From positions 9,153,306 to 9,217,305 of the forward strand of contig NC_057755.1 in NCBI RefSeq assembly GCF_004010195.1: 64,000 nt of DNA, given 5' to 3'. Source of the stretch: Chiloscyllium plagiosum (lineage: Eukaryota). Positions 1 to 10,795 of this stretch are shown one piece after another. The position numbers and the translations under genes are program-made. The notes beneath the pieces were generated by a model that saw nothing but the letters and a program-made list of their open reading frames with translations, ran no database searches and was not told the DNA's origin. Numbering within the stretch: the stretch's first letter is position 1; each line of letters opens with the position of its first letter.

Positions 1-568
1 ACACGTTATTAACAACGTGAAATGGAACTGCCAGTCAAGTGTGGCATTCATTTCCTCAATTGCAGGAGTAGTGTACATCTGGTTTCTCAGCATCTGTTCT
101 GTTTGGTTTCCTTTCATTTTAATTGCCTTGTTTAATTCATTGACAATCAGACATATGCTAGTGACCACTAAAGCTCGAAGAAGGCTTTGGAGTCACACAA
201 TTGACAAGCAGTGTGATCCTGAGGTGAAGAATCGAATGAAATCTATTGCTTTACTCTTTGCGATCTCGGGAAGTTTCATTCTGTTGTGGACGACAACTGT
301 GATAACGCTTGTAATGACCAGACTGTCAAATCCCAATTTTTACCGAGGAGACCTTGGAAATCCAGCATATATCGCCATTGAAACTGGAGCCATGCTGAGG
401 TATTTGAGCTCCTGTTCAAACACGTGCATCTATACAGTGACCCAGAGGAAATTCAGAGAAGAACTTGTGGATCTGTTCCAATCGCCCTTTGAAATCATTG
501 TAAAATGTTTGAAAATTAATGGAAGATCATTGAGAACGCACGTTGGCATTAGGATTCAGGTTCAGTGA
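1..568 (+). CDS. GPR139/GPR142-related class A GPCR, copy 1; 3' part of the large coding exon (ECL2 to C-terminus), cut by the window edge
   Basis: Frame is open from nt 2 (HVINNVKWNC...) to TGA 566-568. TM5 VWFPFILIALFN, TM6 FAISGSFILLW, TM7/helix 8 SNTCIYTVTQRKFREEL. Colinear with the complete paralog at 28854-29764. Confidence 0.85.
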   Translation, partial: HVINNVKWNCQSSVAFISSIAGVVYIWFLSICSVWFPFILIALFNSLTIRHMLVTTKARRRLWSHTIDKQCDPEVKNRMKSIALLFAISGSFILLWTTTVITLVMTRLSNPNFYRGDLGNPAYIAIETGAMLRYLSSCSNTCIYTVTQRKFREELVDLFQSPFEIIVKCLKINGRSLRTHVGIRIQVQ

Positions 569-714
569 TGCTTTGTATGATAATGGGACTCTCTTGGTAT
601 ATCTGCACAGAGATGTTTTTTTGGTGAGAATACAAATCAGTGTTCCTTGCACTTAATGCATTGTCCTGTATTTGATTTTCCTTCGTATAATTGGCGAATG
701 GTGATATTTCCTCT

Positions 715-925
715 CCGTTTGTAAATTGTTTCATACTTGTTCCAATATGGCAACATCTCATTAATGCACCCTTGGCACAGGACAATTCAGAAATATACTT
801 TGCCTCACAATTCTAGCAGCAGCAAGGGAACCTCAGCTTTTGTTTGAAAGAAAGACAGTTATAAGAACTTGCACCATCTCGCTTCAAGACCCCAGCAACT
901 GCAATAAGCTAAAACTAAAGATTCA
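715..925. mobile_element. LTR-like fragment downstream of GPCR copy 1
   Basis: Aligns by eye to the longer LTR-like segments at ~30000-30440 and ~34600-35290 (shared cagcagcaag.gaa..tc.gctttt and gcttcaagac.ccagcaactgca). Confidence 0.5.
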
Positions 926-1013
926 AAATAGATTGTCCATAAGCAGAAGCATGGAGTGAGTGAAGATCGGTTCTGACCTCGATAAATGACAGAGCAGGCT
1001 CATGCGATTGAAT

Positions 1014-1198
1014 GAGTCGTGAGTGTGGGGCTGGAGAAGCACAGTAGGGCAGGCAACTTCCAAGGAGAAGGAGAATCGAAGTTATGGGCACAAGCCCTAA
1101 TGAAGGCTTGCTCCTCGGATGCTGCCTGACCTGCTGTGCTTTTCCAGCACCGTGCTCTCGACTCTTATCTTCAGTATCTGCAGTTGTCACCGTCTCCT
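1014..1198 (-). mobile_element. Palindromic Penelope-derived short element (older copy)
   Basis: Imperfect inverted arms (ctggagaagcacagtagggcaggca / tgctgcctgacctgctgtgcttttccag). Flanked by near-direct repeats tcatgcgattgaat (1000-1013) and tcgtgtggttgaat (1199-1212). Absent at the paralogous site ~30510-30530. Same family as 40683-40889. Confidence 0.7.
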
Positions 1199-1399
1199 TC
1201 GTGTGGTTGAATAGCCTCCTTCTATTCATAAATCCAATGTTGCTTCCAAAATTGTGTTTACTTTCTTAATTTTGAGTAGACCGCCAACACCTCTGTCTTA
1301 ACCTTCTTTTCATTATAAAAGGAGGAAAAGTTGGACTTCTTAAATCCATAGAATCGCCACTAAAAAAGAAACAAAAATATTCAAATGCAACACAAACAC

Positions 1400-1850
1400 C
1401 AAACTCAAGATCTCCTTTTCAGTTGTAAATTTATCTTATAATGATTACTCAATATCTGGAATTAAAACATGACATGCATTCCAATTGTCTCAACATCCTC
1501 TTGCAGGAGTACAGCACCAACATGCATATCACTTGGTTCAATAATCAGTTTAAATGTATTTGCATAATTAGGTGTGCCTCACATTGGGGTAGCGGCCAAC
1601 TCAGCTTTCAGACTGTCAAATTCGTGCTGTCATTCATCTCTTCACTGAAACTTTCTGCACTTTAATAACCAGTCTGTTGAGCAATCGCACTACTAAAACT
1701 TATAACAAACCTTCAATAAAACAACAGTCGGTCCCAAGAATTATAGTACTCTTTTCTTCATCAAAAGTTGTTTTTACATTCTATGCAAACATGTGTACAT
1801 GTCCATTAACATGGCCCAGGAATGTACCTTATGGATAGATGTTTGATGAG
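1400..1850 (-). mobile_element. Degenerate Gypsy pol (RT/RNase H) fragment
   Basis: Minus strand reads ...DMHVGAVLLQEDVE.... Paralogous to the clearer Gypsy fragment at 30740-31540. Confidence 0.65.
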
Positions 1851-2869
1851 TTAATGGGTCAGATAAGCAATGCACTTGCAGATACTGCCCCTACTCACTT
1901 ATCAAGCGTCCACCCATATTGTCTTTGCTTCACTGAATTAATAAACTTACTGATGTCACCATAATTTTGAGGTGTACGAAATGCGAAAGGGAATTGTCGG
2001 ATACGGACAAAAGATGGTTCCTCGTAAAGGTCAGTCTCGGTCAAGAGATCATTATGTTAGGATAATGTAGGATAATCAGGGTCAAACTGAAGCACCGTAG
2101 CAGGGATTGTTTCAATACTGGGAAAGGGGTTATGTAAAGACAGCAGGAAAATAAGGTTGAAGCGAAGATGATGATAATGGATGGAGGAGGAGTTTCGAGA
2201 GACTGAATGAGCTACCCCTGCTGCCACTTCTTCTGTTCTGATAAAGATTAACTCTTTCGTATTCAGATTTCTTATTCACTAAATATATCCACAGAGTAGT
2301 TTAACAGAATTTCCTTTTGATGGCTTAAAATAAGATATGGCTGTGGTTAGAGTTAAGGTTGGGTTAGCCATAGCCCTAATACCCGGACCTGCAGAGCACC
2401 AAATTTGACATAATTCACTGAATTTGAATCCCGCCTGATGAGGGAACCTTCCCCAGTAGTCGTATTTTCTTAACACATTGGCTTAATGTCTCCTCAACCT
2501 TCTTAGCTCTACAAAGAATGATCACATTTGTATGAACTTCATATGGCAATGAAATGTTTCATGTGTGGTATCAAATTGTTTCTTATTCTGCGGCCTGACA
2601 CGAAACCTAGAAATATACAGCTTAGCAAAGTTGTGGAGAATGAATCATTCCAACCAGTATACAGAGCATATTTTTACATTTATCTAACTCCTTGATAATT
2701 TATGAACTGTCCTTCTTTCTGTTCTTTTTAGTTGAGTAGTAATTCGAAATGGCAAACAGAGTACATTGGTATTTTGGAAGGACATTTTTAGTGGAATAAA
2801 ATAAACTAGTGAATGAAATTGGCAGCCGATCTTTGTAAATTATTTATGGTGTGAATTTCTAGAATCGCA

Positions 2870-3360
2870 TAATAAAGGGAATGTGATTGCCCTGGAGGAG
2901 ATGCCTAGCAGATTTACCAGAATCTTGCTTGGGCTCGAGAATTCACTCATGAACAGAGATTGATCAGATTGGTATCACTAGCATTGGAGGAAAAGAGATG
3001 GGAGGAAACATGTTGGAAACGTATTAAATTAGGAGAGACCGGAGGAAATCTTTCCAATTATTAGAAGTATCAATAACCATGGGGCCTATATCTAAGTAAA
3101 GGGCCGATGGCTTGGAGGAAATTAGATGAAAAAAAATCTTCATCCAAATGGTGACAGAAATCTGGAACTCAATAGCTATAAAGTGTCAGACACCGAGACT
3201 GTCATAGTATTTTAAAACCATTTAGATGTGCTTTTGCAATACCAATGCGTACAACGGTTTGTGTTCAAAGTACGGGCAAATGTGAAAAGAACAGTTACGC
3301 AGTTGTTTTTTGGTCAGGGTAGACTTGATGTGCTAATGGTCATGTTTCTCTTCTGAAGTT
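2870..3360 (+). mobile_element. Old CR1 LINE 3' fragment
   Basis: Decayed version of the ALERVQRRFTRM...WNSL region (ctggaggagatgcctagcagatttaccagaatc). Paralog at ~32740-33230. Confidence 0.65.
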
Positions 3361-3405
3361 CTCTTTCAATTTGTAATTTTCACTGACACTTTCATGATCG
3401 AAAAG

Positions 3406-3735
3406 TGGGGCAGCATGGTGGCTCAGTGGTTAGCACTGATGCCTCACAGCACCAGGGACCCATGTTCGATTCCAGTCTTGGGTGACTGTCTGTGTGGAGT
3501 TTGCACATTCTTCCCGTGTGCGCGTGGGTTTCCTCCGGGTGTTCCAGTTTTCTCCCACAGTCCAAAGATGTGCAGATTAGGTGAATTGGCCATGCTAAAT
3601 TGCCCGTAGTGTTAGGTGCATTTGTCAGGGGTGATTGTTGGGGAATGTGTCTGGGTGGGTTGCTCTTCGGAGGTTCGGTGTGGACTTGTTGGGCCGAAGG
3701 GCCTGTTTCCACCCTGTAATGAATCATATCTCAAT
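3406..3735 (+). mobile_element. tRNA-derived V-SINE (HE1-type)
   Basis: A box tggctcagtggttagc, B-box-like gttcgattcc, V-domain gtgtggagtttgcacattct...gtgggtttcctccgggtg, CR1-like tail gggccgaagggcctgtttcc. Paralogous site ~33270 is empty. Confidence 0.9.
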
Positions 3736-3900
3736 CAAGCTTATCAATGTGTATGACGTTTGAAGCAGATTGTTGTGGGTAATTACTGAGTCAAATTTTC
3801 GTTTTAACGCTTATAGAATCAGTGATGCTGATTTCGGTGGTGACATACCAGAAAAAAAAGTTAACACTTCAATGTTCATCGACTGTGTCCTGCTTACAAG

Positions 3901-4802
3901 CAACATAACGATGATAACTGTCATTTCTGTGTGAGGAAACTGTTGCTTTTCAAAGTGCATCTTTATTTGTGTGCTTGCTATAGCAACAGCAAACATAATC
4001 CTTTAAGTCATAGTTAATAGCACTCATATCTATCACTTTCCATTGTATTTTCTCTGTCATAGGTACATTCGTAACTTTACTTCCTACATAGATTGTCTTG
4101 TGCTATATTTATCAGTCTGCTTAACAGCCGTCTCCACTTTTGGCCGCTTTGTTGACATCTGCTGTCCAACGTTATAACAGCGCTTTGTACCGTCTGAATT
4201 GCAGCCACAGTTGTTACAATGAGCTTTTCCTTCATGTGTATTAAGGATATCCCCATTTTCTTTGCATATGAACATGAACACGTTATTAACAAGGTGAAAT
4301 GTAACTGCCAATCAAGTGTGGCATTCTTTTCTTCAATTGCAGGAGTTGAATACATCTGGCTATACACCATCTAATCAGTTCGTCTTCCTTTCAAATTAGG
4401 TTTCTTTATTGCATTGACAATCAGACATATACTGGTGAGCAGTTAAGCATGCAGAGATCTTCGGTGTCACGCAATTGACAAGTAACATGATTCTGAGATG
4501 AAGAATCAAATGAAAACTATTGTTTTCTTCTTGTTATATCAGGAGCTGTCATTCTGCTGTGGATGAGAAATATGATAAACTTTGCAATGACAATACTCGC
4601 AAGCATCAATTATTTCCGAGGAGACTTTGGAAAACCAATGTATTACACTGGTGAAGCAGGAGGCATGCGTTGGTATTTGAGATCCTGTTCAAAGACGTAC
4701 ATCAATGCAGTGACCAAGAAGAAATTCAGAGAATAGATGGTGGGTCTTCTGAAATCATAATGTGCATTCATTTTAACGTTGTTAAATATGAAAGGAAGAT
4801 GA
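3901..4802 (+). pseudogene. GPR139-like GPCR pseudogene (exon-2 homolog, copy 2)
   Basis: Colinear with 28854-29764 from the acceptor region (tgcttacaag) through tttggccgctttgttgacatctgctgtcc (DRF region) and aagaagaaattcagagaatag. Several in-frame stops and frameshifts. Confidence 0.9.
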
Positions 4803-6185
4803 TTGAGAGCGCCTGTTGGCAGATAAACGTAGAATTTCACTAGCTTTGCATGATACCAGGATTCTTTGCCATGGCTGCATAAAGATGATGGATGGAGAGA
4901 AAATATAATCACTGTACCTCATTCCTGATCGTTTTAAATTCAATAGTTATCTAATCAATTTGGATGTTACTGTCCCAGTGGGAATTGTAAAAGTAATTTT
5001 AACGTCTACAATCTTCTCTTTGAACATAGAAACGCAGTTCCTTTCCCTGATGACAGTTCCTCAACCACCTTCATTAATATAAAACTGTTTATAAATATTC
5101 AACAAAGTTGAAAGTAAAATATGTTCTTCGTTGGAGGGAATGCATTGTGGTAAAGAGAATTCTTCCTGATATGAATCAGGAAAACTACTATAAATTAGGG
5201 AGTAACGTAATATTTTCAAATTAGTGAAACCACAAAGAATTAGACTTGATTGGTAATGACAATTCATCACTTCGAATGATATTCATATGATGTTCTGTGT
5301 GATCAATTATAGGTTATTCTCCATTTCCCGATTGAGAGATATACAATACCACTAAGGCCAACTTGGGGGAACGTTACTCTCAGCCCACGAAGTTTCCAAG
5401 AAAACAAGCAGCCTTCAGTTCTGTCAAAGTTGTCAATAGTTTGAACAAATCTTGAGGAGTATTTTATCTTCCAGCATGTGATTTACAGTTTCCGCTTCAG
5501 TCACCTTACAGCTACACTGCAGAAGATGTCTCATTTCACTGTTATGTTCAGCGTTTTTCACTACAAACTGAACACAGCAAGTATTGTCACAAAAAGCAGA
5601 TTGTCTAGGAGCAACTGAGCAGATCTGGCAGAATCTGTGAAAGAGAACAAAGTTTGAATTTCGACTGCAATACGCACTCTGACAAAGAATACTGTGTGGG
5701 TTTGAAAATTACACATTTTTCAAACACTTTTTCATTGTTTCATTTGTTGAAAATTTAGATCAAATGGCATGTATGTGCTTCATTTTATTTTGTACAGTCG
5801 TGCTGCATTTTGCACCATGTTCTCTATTAACGAGTATGAGCAAGATTAATGACATGATTGGTTTGCACCCAGAGCTAGAATCATCCGAGTAGGACGCTTG
5901 CACATGTAGCATATTGATTTTTGTTTGAGCAAAGTTATATAAATGGAATATTAGCGTAGTGCTGCACTCCCATGTGATGGAAACAACCGGTTGTGATTTA
6001 CCCTGAGAGTCACCACCTCAAGTTCGAGGCAAGGTTAAATCTTCAAGCTAAATGTAGTCAGAACACTAACTGAACCAATACTATTAGCATTAGTCCGCAT
6101 TGCAAGTTAGCCATCCAGCCAAATGAGGTAACGCTGCAAATTTGCGAATTGGATTGATAATAAGGCGACAGGTACATTGAACATT

Positions 6186-6460
6186 GAACATAGAACATAG
6201 ACTAATACAGCACAGAAATGTGTCGTTCAGCCCACGATGTTGTGCCGATAGTGACGCCAAATTAAATGAATCCCTTCTGCCAGTCCTTGGTCCATTTCCT
6301 TTATTGCTTGACAAGAAGGATATGGAGGCTTTGGAGAGAGTAGAGAAGAGTTTTTACCAGAATGCTGCCTGGATAGGAGGTATGAGCTAAATGGAGAGTC
6401 TCAGAAAAAGTCGGGTTGTTTTCTTTTGAGCGGTGGAGGCTGAGGGGAAAGTTGATGATT
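6186..6460. mobile_element. CR1 3' end (minus strand, 6186-~6300) joined to a CR1 internal piece (plus strand, ~6312-6460)
   Basis: gaacatagaacatag...cccacgatgttgtgccg is a reverse-complement CR1 tail. The next segment reads KKDMEALERVEKSF and FSFERWRLRGKL on plus. Confidence 0.65.
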
Positions 6461-6464
6461 TGGC

Positions 6465-7120
6465 GGGGTCGGGATTTGGCTGGTGTGAACAAAGTTATAA
6501 CTCACACAGCACCAGTTTATAGTCCAAAAGGTTTATTTGGAGGTACAATTTTTCGGAGCAGTGCTCCTTCATCACGTGGGGCAGATCATAGGACACAGCG
6601 TGTATCGTTAAAATTCAGAGTCATACAACTGATGAGAAATACTGAACAAACACAATTTGCCATTAAGTTTTAATCATTTAGAATGTTTTGCAGGTTTTGA
6701 TTCATTAATATGTAAATCCAAGAACCTCTTTCAAACCACATTTCTGAGAAAATATTCAGTTTATTGTTTTTAAAGAAAGGTGATATCTCAGCTCAGACAA
6801 TGCCCAAAAGGTGAGAGGTTAGAGTTTGTCTGTATTCGAACGTTGAGTCAGAGTGATTGTACTTCCAAAGTTGGAATTTATACAATGCCCCATCGACTAA
6901 CTGCCTACGGAATTGTGTGTGTTTCTTGAAAAAGAATAGAATATATTTCCAAACATAAATCTGCAAATAAAAATTCACCTCAGATACATACATATGTTTT
7001 TGTGTTTTCATGTCGATGCCCATGCGAGGGGGGCGGGGCAGAGAGAGAGAGTGTGTGTGAAGTTTGTGTGTGTGTGTGGGTGTGCATGTAATTCTGTGGT
7101 AGGATTACACACACACCCAC
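6465..7120 (-). mobile_element. Penelope-like element 3' region/pLTR with hammerhead-like motif
   Basis: Inverted homolog of 36640-37315, which follows a GIY-YIG segment. Minus strand 6575-6551 reads GTGATGA-A-GGAGC-ACT-GCTCC-GAAA. Confidence 0.75.
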
Positions 7121-7164
7121 ATAGTATATGAAACTATATGAGACTTTATGAAACTGTCTACACT

Positions 7165-7721
7165 GGGAAGGGACCATTCACCACAGCATATTCACCCCCG
7201 ACTATTCGCCACTGCCCTTTCCACTGCTTAGCCACCGTCCATTGGCCACTGAAGACAATTCGCCACCGCAAGTAACGCGTATATTTGGAATATAGTGCTT
7301 GTGTTGTTTCAGTAACAAATTCTTTTCATTACAGGAGAGGTTTTTTTTAAGCTTGTAGTTTTGGAACAGGAATTTTTAGTATGGAAACAGAAAATATTAC
7401 GAAATGTGGAAATAAGGAGTTTTACCACGATGGTTTTATATCAGTGCTATGAGAGAATGTTTTCCTGAAGTTAGAATTAACCAATAAAATGATATTTATT
7501 TTACCTCTTTTTTAAATCATATGTAGTATGTAGTTGTATAAATAAAGATGACTGAGAAGTATGAAAGAACAGGCGGGAGGGAAAACAATCAGTACATATA
7601 TATCTTTCTGGTGGCGAGTAGTCTCCAGAGGTCAAATGACTCCAGTGGAGAAATGCTGGTGGCGAACCGGCAGTGGCTAATCATCATCAGCGAATGCACC
7701 GTGACGAATCGGCACCAACCC
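7165..7721. mobile_element. Non-autonomous DNA transposon (MULE/foldback-like MITE), 557 bp
   Basis: Perfect 9-bp TSD GTCTACACT (7156-7164, 7722-7730). GGG...CCC termini. ~110-bp imperfect TIRs built from ATTCGCCAC-like repeats. AT-rich core. Paralogous sites at ~19860 and ~40300 are empty. Confidence 0.85.
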
Positions 7722-7869
7722 GTCTACACTTCCCTTAGCAAAAATGATAAACCGATTTCTTTATTCAACAATCCATCCATCTCCACAGTTGACAAAATTT
7801 GTATCACTTACGTGTAAGTTAATAGTCATATGACGCCATGCTGCATCGATATATTCTGTACCTGAGTGC

Positions 7870-8005
7870 CTCCCACCACTTCACCTGACAAAGGAACAGT
7901 GCTCTGAAAGCTTATGATTTTAAGTTCATTTATTGGACAATAAAATGGTGTCATGTGACTATTGATGTTGTCCATCACAGTCCAAAACTGGCATCTCCAC
8001 ATCAT
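7870..8005 (+). mobile_element. Old Penelope pLTR fragment with decayed hammerhead core
   Basis: CTGACAA-A-GGAAC-AGT-GCTCT-GAAAGCTT, then ttggacaataaaatggtgtcatgtga...actggcatctccacatc. Duplicated at ~20015-20145 and ~40455-40590. Confidence 0.6.
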
Positions 8006-8375
8006 TTAGAACTCTGAACATTTCATAATGCCATCTGAAGTATACCTCACTTCCATGTCGGTACCGTTGTAGAATTGTGATCCTGACTCACCTCATCGAT
8101 TGTTCTTTAACTAAATAGACGTCTATAAGAATACTATGGTGCAGTTTCGCCAATGTTACTTTCTAAACAAATTTAAGTTCATTCTTACATCTGCTAACAA
8201 TTGCATTCACAAGCGATTCAATTCTAAATCACCTTCCTCTTCCCTGACCAACTGTTTTATCACAGCTTCCCAACTAGTGTACTTCGCTATTCTTCATCTT
8301 AAAGAGGGAATCTAAAAATAACTGAGTCGAACAGCGTAGTTCGATAGACTTTTTTTTTTCTACAGCTTGCAGCGT

Positions 8376-8453
8376 TGAGCTTGGAAAGGGGCAATGATTG
8401 ATCTTCCTGACCTGAGCTTGGAAAGGGGCAATGATTGATCTTCCTGACCTGAG
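8376..8453. repeat. Perfect 37-bp tandem duplication
   Basis: tgagcttggaaaggggcaatgattgatcttcctgacc at 8376-8412 and 8413-8449. Single copy in the paralogous blocks (~20515, ~41165). Confidence 0.95.
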
Positions 8454-10795
8454 GTTCTTATATTTGCAACATTTGTGAATAGTGTAGCAATTCTTTATCC
8501 ATCGAGATGTGAACTGCTAGTAGACAGGGTGTGCTGGTAATTCTCTGGGCCGGTAGTCCAACAGTCAGGACAATCTATCTCGAAGTGTATGTTTACGTTG
8601 TTGTCACAAATGTTGACATTTTAATTGGATGAAATCCAGAAACAAAAAGTTGGACGAAATTTGTTTTCACATCGGCATTGCAGGCTGCGTGTGCATTTTA
8701 TTGCTCATTCAAGATTGCTTTTGAGATGGTGATGGTGAGCTGCCTTCTTGAACCACAACAAGTTCATTTGCTGACCCACAATGCCCTGAGAAAGGGAGAT
8801 CCTGGATTCTGTCACAGGGAAACGTGACCACTATAAATTGGCACAAAATAATATCATTGACTAAAATCTTTTTGGGAAGTAAACTTGCCACCTTGCCTTC
8901 ACGTAATTCCTGTTCCAGAGCTATGTGATTAACAGATCACTATACTCTGGGAAATAGTGATGGAATGGACCATTAATATTGGCCTAGATATCAATACCCG
9001 CATGTTGTGAATGTACAAATAAAAACTATGGAAATCTCTCAGTTTCAGCTTTAGATTAAAATATCTGAATCTAGCTTTGTATTAAACTGACGTTGAAAAC
9101 GTCTTTTAGATGATGTATATTCTCACATATATTTGTAGCTGCCCTCACATTTGATTCTCGAATGAGTGACCCCCGATTATAGTCTTTATTTTGTCATTTC
9201 TCCACTCACTATAAGCGAGTGGAAAAATATTCGTGGAATTGTTCCTTCCACATGGGTTCAAACGGCACTTTTCATGATTAAAAAAAAAACCCTCACTTTG
9301 GCTTCTGCATCATCACTGCCGGAAGTCAATCAACTCCAACCAAAGATAATTTCTCGACGACTCCAAAGTACCTCTCGTCCAGACAAATCGAAACTCTAAC
9401 TGGAAATTACACAATATATACTCTCCATCTGTCTCAAAGACCAACACTTTGAATTCAATTCGACCACCTTTTGACTAGATAACTCAAAGCATGAGTTGTG
9501 AAAATTATGAGGTGCGTGGTAAGTGTGGGTTTACATGTGGAAGGTTCAGTGACAAGTGTGCATCATTTGAAACGGAGAGACAGGAGATTTTTTTGTTGGG
9601 GCGTTTTCACGGCAAGGTGGTGGGGGACTGGAATGCACTTTTTGCAAGGGTAGTTGAGGCAAGAAACCACACAACTTTTTCGAATATTTTTGGATGAACA
9701 GGGAAAGTGTAAGGACATGCAAGGCTATTTGTCCAGTGCACGAAATTGGAACAAAGGTATGTAGCAGTGCATTTTTGCTGGTACAGTATTGGTGTACCGA
9801 GGAGTCTTTAAGATTGCAAGATTGAATAAACATTTTGAAAATATATTATGTCCCTTTTAGCCAAAATCTTTCATGGAATACTTCTGCAATCACAGATGTG
9901 TTTTCTTTCGGACTCCCAGATGTACCTAGAAAATGCAATGTTATCTATGTATGTTACCCTGACAGTTTCCTTTTCAGATAAATTATTTAAAAAGCCCTTA
10001 CAGATACTGCTAACCCTCAAACACTTCTGCATTCAGAACAAAATGTTCAAGTTTGTTTCAGGCTAAATACTTAGGTTTTCAATTTTCATTTCACCATTTC
10101 GAAATGTAAGAGGCAAATTTGGGGCTATCGATCATTTGCGATGGATGCTTACAACCGTTGCACACAAATTTTCTACCCCTGTTGAATTATAAAGTTGATT
10201 GAGAAAAGGTTGAGCTTTATGAAGCAACCCAAATTCCTCAGTCATTTCGCTGCCTCTCCTGCACTTGCGAACCTTTAGTCTTAAACATGGAAATTTACTT
10301 TTCAATGAATGAAAAGCAGAGGTAATGCTTTGTCGAACAGTGTTTTTATTTATTCATTCGTGGAACATGGGCATCTGTGGTTGGCCAAGTTTATTTTCCA
10401 TTCAAAGTTGCCATAGAGAAGGTCATGCTGAGTTGCCTCCTGAAACCGCTGTGGTGTGGAACATAAAGGGATTAACTCACCTCCTGTCTCTTCGAAAAAC
10501 AACAGTAGAAGGCAAAGACTCTATGTCTACTTTTGCAGCGATGAATATTGGATTGCAATCAGTTGTTAATGCATTGAGACTACCTACAGCAGACTCCAAT
10601 GAGATTAAGAGTTCCATGACTATTGTAAACCTTGGTCATACCTGCTTAATCTGTCGGTCAAATTCCAATCACGTCAGCACATCATGACACAATAAATGGA
10701 GATTTTTCGTCCTTGGTACATATCTAAATACATTGAATCAAAAAGACAATTAATTATCCCCTGGTATTGTTCCTTCTGGTACAGTGTGCTCCATT

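Noticed and set aside
3406..3480. tRNA gene calls at SINE heads (also 11000, 15402, 16003)
   Set aside because: The A/B boxes run straight into the V-domain and LINE-like tail, so these are SINEs, not tRNA genes.
8010..8450. Possible coding relic in the triplicated upstream block
   Set aside because: No reading frame stays open across the paralogs I translated, and there is no recognisable motif.
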